In this document: positions 35,147-44,817 of the stretch, one piece after another
Position numbering within the stretch: position 1 is the stretch's first letter
Layout of the letters: each line of letters opens with the position of its first letter
Source: Chloroflexota bacterium
Lineage (GTDB): Bacteria; Chloroflexota; UBA6077; SHYK01
Assembly: GCA_035652535.1 (NCBI GenBank)
Contig: DASRDP010000084.1
Location: forward strand, 2,282 to 66,281
DNA: 64,000 nucleotides
Reading direction: 5' to 3'
Translations under genes and position numbers: made by a program
The notes under the pieces: generated by a model
What the model was told of the DNA's origin: nothing
What the model saw: only the letters and a program-made list of their open reading frames with translations
Databases searched by the model: none

Positions 35147-35746
35147 TTGACTGCGATGCCCAATGACGTACGTTGGCTGGCGCTCGCGCGGGCCATGGTC
35201 ACGGCGGCCGTCGGATTCGTCCTCCTCCAGTGGCCGTCAATCGGGCCGGTGTCCACCGAGGCGCGCGCACCGGCGTGTTCCGGCGACCCGATGGGATCGC
35301 CCACCTTCGTCTATCCCAGCGATGGCAGCGTTCTGCGTACCGACGACGACTACGTGTTCGCGGTCGCGCCGGTTAACGGAGCTACTGCCTATCGCTGGGA
35401 GCTTTCTCAGCACGGCGCGCCGGTCGTCTCGACAGTCGAGCCAGTCGGCGGGTTCCCGGACCTCGGCTACGAGCTGCTCCACTCCTTGGCATACGCCGCG
35501 GAGGCGAATTGGTACGTGAGCGCTGAGGATTCTCTGCCGCCTCCTGCGCTCACGCCCGGCATTACGTTCGCGGTTGAGGTGGGGACCGCCGCCCACAAGG
35601 GCATCGAGGTCGGCGATCTCACGGCTCTCGTCAGCGCGGAGGTGTGCGGCCGATGGACGCCCGACGCGACGACGCGAGTGGAGATCACCTGCGACACGGT
35701 CGGGCCGGACGGACCTGCACCCGTTTTTCCGGATAGCTGCACATAG
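35147..35746 (+). CDS. Hypothetical secreted or membrane-anchored protein (4 Cys)
   Basis: 199-aa ORF with an N-terminal hydrophobic segment ARAMVTAAVGFVLLQW. No family recognised. Confidence 0.5.
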   Translation: MTAMPNDVRWLALARAMVTAAVGFVLLQWPSIGPVSTEARAPACSGDPMGSPTFVYPSDGSVLRTDDDYVFAVAPVNGATAYRWELSQHGAPVVSTVEPVGGFPDLGYELLHSLAYAAEANWYVSAEDSLPPPALTPGITFAVEVGTAAHKGIEVGDLTALVSAEVCGRWTPDATTRVEITCDTVGPDGPAPVFPDSCT

Positions 35747-35805
35747 GCCACCGTGGCCCACCCGCTCCGGCCGGTCTTACCCCGTGCCACTCCCGACGCG
35801 GAGCG

Positions 35806-37164
35806 TTACACAAGCCAGCGAATGAGCATCGTGGCGATGCCCAGGTAGATTAGGTTCCCCATCAGGTCCGAGAGCATCGTATCGAACACACCTGCGATGG
35901 TGGCCGGGTCAATGCCGATCTTGCGAAGGGTCATGGGCAGGATCACGCCGGTCGTCGACGCGACAATCGCGATGTTGAGGAAGAGCGCCCCGCCGGCGAT
36001 GACTCCCAGCATCGCGTTTCCCTTCCAAAAGAACGCGATCGTTCCCAGGATCATGCCGAACGTCCCGCCCTTGATGATCCCCACGCCCCACTCGCGGAGC
36101 AGAACGCGGAACGTGTCGCCCGGTGTTACCTCTCCCAGGGCCAGGGAGCGGATCACGATGGTCGCCGTCTGAATTCCCGCGTTCCCCGCCTGTCCGGTGA
36201 TGACCGGGATGAACACGGCGAGGACCGCTGCGCGTTCGATGGTCCCCTGAAAACCACTGATGATGAACGCGGACCCCAGTGACCAGAGCATGTTGAATGC
36301 CAGCCACGGGACCCGGCGCCGAGCAGACTCCAGCATCGGGCTCGTGGCGCGCTCCTTCACGCCGATCCCCGCCATGCGATACATGTCCTCGGTTGCCTCT
36401 TGCTCGACAACTTCGAGGACGTCGTCGACGGTGATCACGCCGAGCAGTCGGTCGCCTTCCGCGACGACCGGGAGGGCCAGCAGGTTATGCTCGGTGAGCA
36501 GGCGCGCCGCAACCTCCTGGTCGGCGCCGGCGGGCACCCGAAGCACCTGCCGGCGCATCACGTCGCTGATGCGCGCCTGCGGCTCCGCGAGCACGAGGTC
36601 GCGCAGGCTCACGACGCCAAGAAGCCGATCGTCGGAGTCGGTCACGTACACGGCGTAGATCGTCTCGGCATTCGGGGCCCGGGTGCGAATGAGCCGCATC
36701 GCCGCGGCAACGGTCAGGTGCGGAGCGATGGACACGACCTCCGGGGTCATCCGGCCCCCCGCGGTCTCCGGCGGGTAGTTCAAGAGATCCCGGATGTCCC
36801 TGGCCTCGTCGTGCTCCATCTCGGCGAGGATCCCTTCGGCTTCGGCGACGGCCAGCTCCTCGACCACATCGGTGGCGTCGTCCGGCTCCATGTCTTCCAG
36901 GATGTCCGCGGCGATGGTTCGGCTGAACCGCGCGATGAGCCGGGCCGCTTCGCTCGAGTCCAGCTCGGCGATGGCGTCGGCGAACCGCTCGCTGCCGAGT
37001 CGGTTCTGGAGCCGGGCAAGCTCGAGCGCGTCCAGCCGGAGGAGGACGTCGGCCAGCTCGGATGGACGGAGCGCGAGGACGGCCGCCTCGGCATCCTGGA
37101 CACGACCTTCGTCCAGCGACTGGCGAAGGGCGCGTACGTCGATCGCGGTGGGCTGCAGGCGCAT
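35806..37164 (-). CDS. mgtE: Magnesium transporter MgtE
   Basis: ATG 37164 with GGAGG upstream (the track ORF extends to 37221). MgtE N-domain, CBS pair, and a C-terminal 5-TM domain ending GVFDTMLSDLMGNLIYLG. Confidence 0.9.
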   Translation of the reverse strand: MRLQPTAIDVRALRQSLDEGRVQDAEAAVLALRPSELADVLLRLDALELARLQNRLGSERFADAIAELDSSEAARLIARFSRTIAADILEDMEPDDATDVVEELAVAEAEGILAEMEHDEARDIRDLLNYPPETAGGRMTPEVVSIAPHLTVAAAMRLIRTRAPNAETIYAVYVTDSDDRLLGVVSLRDLVLAEPQARISDVMRRQVLRVPAGADQEVAARLLTEHNLLALPVVAEGDRLLGVITVDDVLEVVEQEATEDMYRMAGIGVKERATSPMLESARRRVPWLAFNMLWSLGSAFIISGFQGTIERAAVLAVFIPVITGQAGNAGIQTATIVIRSLALGEVTPGDTFRVLLREWGVGIIKGGTFGMILGTIAFFWKGNAMLGVIAGGALFLNIAIVASTTGVILPMTLRKIGIDPATIAGVFDTMLSDLMGNLIYLGIATMLIRWLV

Positions 37165-37832
37165 AGCTGCACCTCCAAACGAGGGATGGGTGCAGACAAT
37201 CGACTTGCGCTGAGCGGGCAACGACGAGCTAACGGTGGGAGGGGTTCTCCGCTTGGATCCGGACCATGTTGGGGATCCCCGTGAGAGGGGACGGCGACCG
37301 TCCGAGGGGGGAGGAGGCTACGGGAGCCGACTCACACGCGGACCTACGGCCACCGCGAGCAGAGCTGCCTGCTGCGCTATTCGGTTGTCGCCGGGTTCGC
37401 GTTGACGAGGTAAGTCGTCCACACAGTCCCTTTCTGGCGTCGGGCCTCCCAACGCCACCGTTATGGTACGTCGCGCGGAATTGCTGCGACAACACGTCAT
37501 TCGGCCGTCCGGACACGATGCGGGACCCAGGACGAACGACACCGTCCGCGGATCGCGCGGTCGTGTCCTTCAGCGACAAGCCCGCAAAGGTGGTGCACAG
37601 CACCTTTAGCGTGCGCTGGCCAAGATCGAGCCGCTCGCGGTCGGCCCGTTGGCCTTGCCGTCATGGCTCGGTTCTCCAGGGAGAGCCGACGCGGTACGAT
37701 CGCGCTGCGCGCGAATCAAGCCGGAGACGTGCTCGACGCACCGTTTTACCATGCGCGGCTCCCCGCGTCGCCGGTCGGCTAACGACGCGAGGGCTGTGCG
37801 CGCACCCTGGCCAGCGACTCGCTGCCGCTAGC

Positions 37833-39050
37833 TCAGTGTGCCACCACGGGCCGCATGGGCACGACGCCCAACAACACTGCCGCGAGGCCCGCCAGCGCCG
37901 AGCCAAAGGCGAAGGGCGCCCAGGGGCCGACGGCTTGCCACAACCCGCCCGCGATGACGCTCGCCGGCAGAAGGGCGATGGCGGTCGCCGCCGCGTAGGT
38001 GCCCAGGGCAGTTGCACGCGATTCGGCGGGCACCAGATCGGTCACGAGCGCCTTTGCGACCCCCTCGCTGGCAGCGTAGTAGACGCTGTAGAGCAGGAAC
38101 AGCGCCCCGACGGTGAGCGCGTTTCCGGCGACCGCGAACCCGACGTATACGGCCGCGAAGATAACGTAGCTCAGGATCATCAGCGGGCGTCGCCCGACGC
38201 GGTCGGAGAGCATGCCGGCCGGCGTCGAGAGCAGCGCATAGAGCGCGTTGAATCCGAAGTAGGCGAGGGGGATCGCGGCGACCGCCATACCGACATTTTG
38301 GGCGCGCAGGATGAGGAACGCGTCCGATGAGTTCCCGACGGCGAAGAGCACGGAGATCCCCGTGAACAGGGCGAACGATCGCCCCAGCCCGCTGAATCCG
38401 AGGCGAGGAAGCTGGCCGTGCTTCGGGACCATCGGGCGGTCTTTGACCAGCCAGATCGCCCCGATGATCGTCGCGATACAGGGAACCGACGTAAACCAGA
38501 AGACGGCCCGGGCGTTGTTCATCGTGACGGCCAGGATTGCCGCCGCCACGAGGGGGCCGATGGCGGCGCCGGCCGTGTCCATGGATTGGTGGAATCCGAA
38601 CGCCTTGCCGCGCTCGGCAGCCTCCACGCTGTCGGCGATGAGGGCGTCCCGCGGAGCACCCCGGATGCCTTTGCCGAAGCGGTCACTGAAGCGAATGGCG
38701 AGCACCTGCGGCCAGGCGGTGCTCAAGGCCAAGAGCGGCTTGACCAGGTTCGAGAAACAGTAGCCCGCCACGACGAGCTGTTTTCGTCGCCCAATCCGGT
38801 CGGAGAACCAGCCGGAGAAGATCCGCAGCACGGCGGCCGTGCTCTCGGCGACGCCCTCGATCAGGCCAACGGCGGCCGGCGGCGCACCCAGCGTGGCGGT
38901 GAGAAACACCGGGAGGACGGGCACGATCATCTCGCCCGAGATGTCCGTGAGCAGGCTGACGACCCCGATGGCGAACACGTTGCGGGGCAGCCCCGCGGAC
39001 CACCACGATCGTGTGGACGCGCTATCGGCCGTTGGAGACGCGATCGCCAT
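37833..39050 (-). CDS. MFS transporter
   Basis: ATG 39050 follows GGAGGGAGAAG. 12 hydrophobic segments. MFS loop motif FSGWFSDRIGRRK. Confidence 0.8.
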   Translation of the reverse strand: MAIASPTADSASTRSWWSAGLPRNVFAIGVVSLLTDISGEMIVPVLPVFLTATLGAPPAAVGLIEGVAESTAAVLRIFSGWFSDRIGRRKQLVVAGYCFSNLVKPLLALSTAWPQVLAIRFSDRFGKGIRGAPRDALIADSVEAAERGKAFGFHQSMDTAGAAIGPLVAAAILAVTMNNARAVFWFTSVPCIATIIGAIWLVKDRPMVPKHGQLPRLGFSGLGRSFALFTGISVLFAVGNSSDAFLILRAQNVGMAVAAIPLAYFGFNALYALLSTPAGMLSDRVGRRPLMILSYVIFAAVYVGFAVAGNALTVGALFLLYSVYYAASEGVAKALVTDLVPAESRATALGTYAAATAIALLPASVIAGGLWQAVGPWAPFAFGSALAGLAAVLLGVVPMRPVVAH

Positions 39051-39093
39051 CTTCTCCCTCCATCTCAGTTCACGCGCGGCGCGTCGACGTGAC

Positions 39094-40809
39094 TCATCCC
39101 CTGAGATCCCATTCATGGATGAAATCCAACAAACCAGCCTCGTGTTTTGCCGGCGGGAGGTTCACGACGCGATGCGGAATCAGCTGGGGCTCGATGAGGT
39201 GGTACAGGCCAATCCATCCCACGTCGTCGGACAGGAGATGCACGATCTGGCGGCCCCACTCCATCCGCTCATCCCAGGGTACCGTGGTGAAGTACTTGTC
39301 GATGGCGGTGTCCATCTCCGGGCGGCTATAGCGCGAGTTGTTGCCGGACACGAGGTAGTTGTTCTCCGGCAGCGCAATGGCCTTGCTGTGGAAGCTCCGC
39401 GCGTAGTCCATCGTGCCCGCCTGGCGCTTGAGGTCGAAGGCGGGGAACGTGGCGCGGAACTCGGCATCGCTCGCGCGCTGGGGCGGCACCAGGAACCGCT
39501 CGACCTCCGCGCCGAGACGCTGCCAATCGTCCGCGCTCGCGAACATGGCCTTTTCCTGGGTCACGTCGCCCTGGCTCGTTCGAATCTGAAACGCCAGGGT
39601 CTGGCCCGATCGGTCCAGGAGCTTCCCATCCGCGCCCCTGGTATACCCGAGGGTTTCCAGCAATCGGAGCGCGCGGGTAGGGTCGAACGGGTACTTGACG
39701 ATCGCCGACTCGACGTACGGGTATTCGGGCTCCAGGGGACTCAAGAACGTGTCCCCCAGGGGCACCTCACCGGGCTGTAAGGAGTCGGCCATGGTTCTCC
39801 GATCGAGGGCGTACAGCATGGCCCGTTTGAAGTCGACGTTCGACACAACCGACGGCGTCGGGTTGATGTGCTGCGGGTAAATCTGCAACATGCTGCGCAG
39901 GCTCGTCTGCAGCCGGCCCGCGTCCCATTGCTGCACGACGGACTGGGCCCACTCGACGTCGATCCTCCCGCCCCAGGAGGTTTCGACGTCCCCGGCCAGG
40001 ATGTTGGCCGCCAGGGTATTGGGGTCCGGGATGAACTTCACCACGACCTCGTCGATTTTGGGCTTGCCCGCCACGTACCGGTCATTCGCCTCGAAGACGA
40101 GGTGGCTGCCAGCCTCCCAGGTCTTGATCTTGAACGGTCCCGTGCCGACGAAATCGGTGCTCCAGTAGGGGCTTTCAATGAAATGCTCCTTGTCCGTCAG
40201 GTAGGCCTGCTCGAGCTTGTGCTTCGCGACGGGGAGCGCGATTTCGAATGAAAAGAGCTGATCCGCGTTGATGAATGGCTTCGTCCAATGCGCGATGGCG
40301 GTGCGGCTGTCCACCGCCTCGACGGTACCGAGGGCGTCATAGGCGACGTGGTTGAAGATGGGAAGCTCCTTGTCGCGCACCATCGTCGCCGTGAAGAGAA
40401 GGTCGTCGGTGGTGAAAGGCGTGCCGTCCTGCCAGACCGCCCCCTCACGGATGGTCCACTGCACCTCCATCTGCCCGTCCGGAGAGAGTCTCCAGAGCCC
40501 ATTCTCGATCGTCGGCGCGTCCGTGGCGAGACGCGGGGCGCGGCCGCTCTCATCCGGCGCCGGGACGGTCAAGCCCGTCTCGACCAGGCGCTCGAGGGAG
40601 TCGATACCCGGGATGTTCGACCGCGGGTTCAGCTTCTGGTACACCGTGTGCGGGTTGCCGCGGATGGCCGCGGTGAATCGCTTGGGACCGGCCGACGCCT
40701 GCTGGCGGCTCACCTGCGCCGCGGGCCGGCTCGCCGGCGGCTCCGCGCAGCCCGTCGCCGCGACGACGAGGACCAATCCGAGGGCTATTGCGCGGACGCA
40801 CCGATTCAT
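39094..40809 (-). CDS. Family-5 ABC substrate-binding lipoprotein, SBP5-3
   Basis: ATG 40809 follows AAGGAGAGG. Lipobox AATGC. Family block PDGQMEVQWTIREGAVWQDGTPFTTDDLLF ... GKPKIDEVVVKFIPD. Confidence 0.85.
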   Translation of the reverse strand: MNRCVRAIALGLVLVVAATGCAEPPASRPAAQVSRQQASAGPKRFTAAIRGNPHTVYQKLNPRSNIPGIDSLERLVETGLTVPAPDESGRAPRLATDAPTIENGLWRLSPDGQMEVQWTIREGAVWQDGTPFTTDDLLFTATMVRDKELPIFNHVAYDALGTVEAVDSRTAIAHWTKPFINADQLFSFEIALPVAKHKLEQAYLTDKEHFIESPYWSTDFVGTGPFKIKTWEAGSHLVFEANDRYVAGKPKIDEVVVKFIPDPNTLAANILAGDVETSWGGRIDVEWAQSVVQQWDAGRLQTSLRSMLQIYPQHINPTPSVVSNVDFKRAMLYALDRRTMADSLQPGEVPLGDTFLSPLEPEYPYVESAIVKYPFDPTRALRLLETLGYTRGADGKLLDRSGQTLAFQIRTSQGDVTQEKAMFASADDWQRLGAEVERFLVPPQRASDAEFRATFPAFDLKRQAGTMDYARSFHSKAIALPENNYLVSGNNSRYSRPEMDTAIDKYFTTVPWDERMEWGRQIVHLLSDDVGWIGLYHLIEPQLIPHRVVNLPPAKHEAGLLDFIHEWDLRG

Positions 40810-40925
40810 GCGCGCCTCTCCTTCGCCGCGCACCGTCCCGGCGCGACGGAACCTTGAGCGTCAGCCAAGTATAGGCCGCCATCCTGCGCCATGCGGCGGC
40901 ACGCGCCCCGGACCGCGATGCTTTT

Positions 40926-40954
40926 TTGACGCACCCCGGCGCCGGTGGTAGAGT
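40926..40954 (+). promoter_or_regulatory. Candidate sigma70-type promoter for the XDH-family gene
   Basis: TTGACG-17 nt-TAGAGT, about 60 nt upstream of AGGAGGA/ATG 41015. Confidence 0.35.
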
Positions 40955-41014
40955 CCCCGGGCCGGGCGCCCAGCCCGATTGCATCGCTCGACAGCCCAGC
41001 CTCAGGAGGACCTC

Positions 41015-43240
41015 ATGGCAGCCGCTCCCGCATTCGCCGTCCTCGGCCGCCCGATCCCCCGCGTGGAGGGCCTGGACAAGGTCACCGGGCGCGCCCACTA
41101 CACCGCGGACGTGGTGCCTGCGAACACGCTGTGGGCCAAAAATGTGCTCAGCCCGCTTCCCCATGCCCGAATCGTGGCCATCGACACGGCGCGGGCGCTG
41201 CGGGTCCCGGGGGTGCGGGCGGTCCTCACCGCGGCGGACGTCCCATTCCGGCGCATCGGGCGCCGGCTCAAGGACTACCCGATCCTGGCCAGGGAGCGCG
41301 TCCTCTACGTCGGGGAGCGCGTGGCCGTCGTCGCCGCCGAGAGCCGCGACGCGGCGGAGGAAGCGGCGCTGCTCGTCGACGTGGAGTACGAGGAGCTGCC
41401 GGCGGTGTTCGACGCGCTCGAGGCGATGGAGGCGGACGCCCCGATCCTCCATCCAGACCTGCGCTCGTATGTCGGATTTCCGGAGTACGTGCCGGCCGAC
41501 CTGCGCAACGTGCACGCGCGCGTCACCATCGACCGGGGAAACGTCGATGAGGCCTTCGCCCGCGCGGACCTTGTCCTCGAGCACACGTTTCGCACCGGTA
41601 CGATGCACCAGGGGTTCATCGAGCCGCATGCGACGGTCGTCGCGATCGATGACGGCGGGCGCGTGGAGATCTGGCAGGCCAATAAGGCCAATTTCCGAAA
41701 CAAAGAGGAGATGGCCGGGATCATCGACCTGCCGCCCGAGCAGATCGTCTACCACGCCGTCAGCGTGGGTGGGGATTTTGGGGGCAAGGGCGCGCCGGGC
41801 GACGCGCCCGCCGGGTACCACCTGGCCCGGATCACCGGCCGCCCCATCAAGTTCATCAACACGAATCAGGAAGAGCTGAGCGCCGGCAGCCCGCGTCACC
41901 CGTCGGTGACGAGAATCAAGTCGGGCGTGATGCGCGACGGCACCGTCATCGCCCGCGACGTCTTCATCGTTTACAACAGCGGCGCCTATGGCGGGCTTCG
42001 ACCCAACGTGATGGACGGGATGCTGCCCGGCGCGGGACAGGCCGGGAACCAGTACGCGCCGCCCAATCTCCGGGTCGACGGGCGGATGGTCTACACCAAC
42101 GAGATCCCGCGCACCTACATGCGCTCGCCCGGGCAGCCGCAGGCCGTCTTCGCCCTCGAGGCTCACATGGACCTGCTCGCCCGGGCCGTCGGCATGGACC
42201 CGCTGGAGTTTCGCGCGAAAAACCTCGGGCCAAGCCCGGACGGCGGCGAGCCCGTCGCGACCACACTGCTGCGGTCCGCGGCGCAAGCGGTGGGCTGGGG
42301 CGCGCCGAAGGCCGCGTTCGTCGGGCGCGGCGTCGCGATGGCGAGCCGGAACATGGGCGGGGGCCCGGGGTCGTCGGACGTGACGCTGCACCCGGATGGC
42401 ACGGTGACCGCCATTACCTCAGCGCCCGACGTGGGAACGGGAACGATGACCGTGGTCGCGGCGGTGGTGGCCGAGTCCCTCGGGCTGCCCGTCGAGCGCG
42501 TCGCGGTGGTGCACGGGGACACGGACACCTTCCCCAACGACACCGAAGCCGGCGCCAGCCGCATGACGAACTCGGCCGGCCACGCCGCCATCGCGGCCTG
42601 CGACCAGCTCAAGGAGCAGCTCACGCCGCTGGCGGCCGCCATGCTGGGCGCCTCCGCGGCCACGTGGGACAATGGCGGGTGGCGCTCACCCGACGGGCGA
42701 TGGGTGTCGATCGAAGACCTCGCCGGGGAGATGATCAAACCGGGCGATCCGGTGGCCAACGTCCACCTCACCGTCACGGTGCCGGGCGGCAAGGAGCCCG
42801 AGCGTTCCGCCCAGGCGGCCGAAGTCGAGGTCGATCCGGAGACCGGGCAGGTGACCGTGCGGCGGCTGGCATCGGCGCAGGCGGTAGGCACGATCATCAA
42901 TGAGACGGCGCATCAGGGTCAGATCGATGGCTGCGTGGTCCAGGGCTTCGGCTACGCCTTGACCGAGGAGCTGGTCTTGCAGGATGGCCGGGTGGCCACG
43001 GCGCATTTCGGGGACTACAAGCTGCCGACCATCGCCGACGTGCCACCCCTAACGACCATCAACGTTCAATCTCATGGCGAGGGCCCGTTTGGCGCCCAGG
43101 CCATCGGCGAGACGCCGGTCGTCCCGACGCCGGCCGCCATCGCGAACGCCGTCGCCGACGCCATCGGCGTGCCCGTGACCGAGCTTCCTCTGAGCGCCGA
43201 ACGCGTGCTCGATCTCATCGCTCGCAAGACCGGCCGCTAG
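41015..43240 (+). CDS. Xanthine dehydrogenase / aldehyde oxidase family molybdopterin-binding (large) subunit
   Basis: ATG 41015 follows AGGAGGA. N-terminus GRPIPRVEGLDKVTGRAHYTAD, plus the hammerhead and MoCo-binding domains (GGDFGGKG, ...GEGPFGAQAIGE). Confidence 0.85.
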   Translation: MAAAPAFAVLGRPIPRVEGLDKVTGRAHYTADVVPANTLWAKNVLSPLPHARIVAIDTARALRVPGVRAVLTAADVPFRRIGRRLKDYPILARERVLYVGERVAVVAAESRDAAEEAALLVDVEYEELPAVFDALEAMEADAPILHPDLRSYVGFPEYVPADLRNVHARVTIDRGNVDEAFARADLVLEHTFRTGTMHQGFIEPHATVVAIDDGGRVEIWQANKANFRNKEEMAGIIDLPPEQIVYHAVSVGGDFGGKGAPGDAPAGYHLARITGRPIKFINTNQEELSAGSPRHPSVTRIKSGVMRDGTVIARDVFIVYNSGAYGGLRPNVMDGMLPGAGQAGNQYAPPNLRVDGRMVYTNEIPRTYMRSPGQPQAVFALEAHMDLLARAVGMDPLEFRAKNLGPSPDGGEPVATTLLRSAAQAVGWGAPKAAFVGRGVAMASRNMGGGPGSSDVTLHPDGTVTAITSAPDVGTGTMTVVAAVVAESLGLPVERVAVVHGDTDTFPNDTEAGASRMTNSAGHAAIAACDQLKEQLTPLAAAMLGASAATWDNGGWRSPDGRWVSIEDLAGEMIKPGDPVANVHLTVTVPGGKEPERSAQAAEVEVDPETGQVTVRRLASAQAVGTIINETAHQGQIDGCVVQGFGYALTEELVLQDGRVATAHFGDYKLPTIADVPPLTTINVQSHGEGPFGAQAIGETPVVPTPAAIANAVADAIGVPVTELPLSAERVLDLIARKTGR

Positions 43241-43241
43241 C

Positions 43242-44186
43242 GTGGCGCTGATCCTCGGACGTTCGGAGGTTGAAGGGCTCCTCGACCTCGAGAGCGCCAT
43301 GACCGCGCTGGAAGAGGTCATGACGGAGGAGATCGAGGGCACCACGTTCCACATGCCGTCGTGGGGCGGAGGATCCACAAAGCGTCGAACGTTTCGTCTG
43401 GTGGGCGGGGGCCTCTACGGCATGAAGCGCATGGGCGTTCGCACCCAGGCGGGCGTCCAGCTCTTCGACACGGATACCGGCCGACTGCTCGCCATCGTGG
43501 GGGCGAGCACGGGCGACCTCCGGACGGGCGCCACGATGGCCCTGGCCGCGCGTTACCTGGCTCGGCCCGATGCCCGGACGATCGGTTTTCTCGGAAGTGG
43601 CCGCAGCGCTCCCACCATTCTGCAGTGCCTCGTCGCCGTGCGGCCCATCGCATCGGCGCGCGTCTACAGCCCGACCCGCGCCCACCGAGAGGCATTCGCC
43701 GAACGAGAGACCGCGGCGCTCGGCATCCCGGTCGTGGCGATGGAGACGGCGGCGGAGGCGATCGACGGAGCGGACATCGTCGCCGTTGCGACCAACTCCC
43801 GCACCGCCGTCGTCGGGTACGACGACGTGCGACCGGGCGTACACGTGACGAGCATGGGGTACACCACGGAGCTGGCCGAGGACCTTTACGTCCGCGCCGA
43901 CCAGTTCGTCGTCCCCAGCCGCGAGCAGGAGATCGAGGCGGCGAGCCCGGTCGCCCATCCGCACATCGAGGGAACCCTGTACCTGATGGTTCGCGACGGC
44001 CGGTACGATCCGCGAACGATGATCGAGCTGGGGTCCATCATCCGCGGCGACGTGGCGCCGAGGAACGGACCGCACGACGTCACCGTGTTCCGCGACTCCC
44101 GGGGGGGCGTCGGGGACGTCGCACTGGCGAACTGGGTGTACGAGCGAGCCCGCGAGCGCGGCTTGGGGATCGAGGTCGATCTCTAA
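43242..44186 (+). CDS. Ornithine cyclodeaminase / mu-crystallin family protein, OCD-2
   Basis: GTG 43242 lies 1 nt after the XDH stop. LRTGATMALAARYLAR...GFLGSGRSA and the rest of the OCD pattern. Confidence 0.8.
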   Translation: MALILGRSEVEGLLDLESAMTALEEVMTEEIEGTTFHMPSWGGGSTKRRTFRLVGGGLYGMKRMGVRTQAGVQLFDTDTGRLLAIVGASTGDLRTGATMALAARYLARPDARTIGFLGSGRSAPTILQCLVAVRPIASARVYSPTRAHREAFAERETAALGIPVVAMETAAEAIDGADIVAVATNSRTAVVGYDDVRPGVHVTSMGYTTELAEDLYVRADQFVVPSREQEIEAASPVAHPHIEGTLYLMVRDGRYDPRTMIELGSIIRGDVAPRNGPHDVTVFRDSRGGVGDVALANWVYERARERGLGIEVDL

Positions 44187-44259
44187 CCAGCCCATCTGCG
44201 CGGTGGCCCTTCCCGCTGTCGCATACGATGCCGCCGCTGCGCGGTTTCCGTTAAGATGA

Positions 44260-44272
44260 TTTGAAGATCAAA
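44260..44272. promoter_or_regulatory. Inverted repeat TTTGA-AGA-TCAAA in the AT-rich spacer upstream of marR (candidate operator)
   Basis: 5-3-5 palindrome, 24 nt upstream of GTG 44296. It is the only AT-rich stretch in the spacer. Confidence 0.35.
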
Positions 44273-44295
44273 CCACATTCGTTCTGGAGCTGGCC

Positions 44296-44817
44296 GTGAG
44301 CGCCAAATCGCCTGTCGGCTCTCCTCCGGAGGTGGCCGAGTCGGACGGCGCGTCGTCGCCGAAAGCGGCGGGGCGCACCGTCGTCCGTGTGCTGCCGCGA
44401 CTTCATCGGCAGATCATCGCCGAGCTGCAGCGGACGCCCGACACCGGCGACATGACGTGGCCGCAGTTTCGGGTCCTCGGCTTTCTCAGCGAACGCGACT
44501 ACCGCGCATCCGAGCTGGCGAGCGCGCTCCAGATCGATCGCTCGACCCTCACGACCGTGGGCGACGGACTGGTGCGCCGTGGGCTCGTGGAACGGGTCCG
44601 CGACCTGCCGGGCGATCGGCGTGGCGTCCTGCTCCGCCTCACCGCGCGCGGCCGTGCCCTGCACGGCGTTCTCAAGGACCGCGCTATCGCCCACGTGGCC
44701 GAGCTGCTGGCCAGCGCGGATCCGGCGGAATGCGCCGGGCTCGTTGACGGCCTCGAAGCGCTGGAGCGCGGGCTCTGTCAGGCGTCAGCCGCCGAACAGC
44801 AGCGCGTGGGCGTGTAG
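44296..44817 (+). CDS. MarR-family transcriptional regulator
   Basis: Winged-helix block FRVLGFLSERDYRASELASALQIDRSTLTTVGDGLVRRGLVERVRDLPGDRRGVLLRLT. Confidence 0.85.
   Translation: MSAKSPVGSPPEVAESDGASSPKAAGRTVVRVLPRLHRQIIAELQRTPDTGDMTWPQFRVLGFLSERDYRASELASALQIDRSTLTTVGDGLVRRGLVERVRDLPGDRRGVLLRLTARGRALHGVLKDRAIAHVAELLASADPAECAGLVDGLEALERGLCQASAAEQQRVGV

Noticed and set aside
37165-37832. M-box (ykoK) Mg2+ riboswitch upstream of mgtE
   Set aside because: The conserved GUUAGGUGAGGC and AGUGCUAAA.CUC.ACG blocks are not present in recognisable form, and the weak look-alikes are in the wrong order and spacing. I kept the region only as an unexplained long leader, to be tested with cmsearch.
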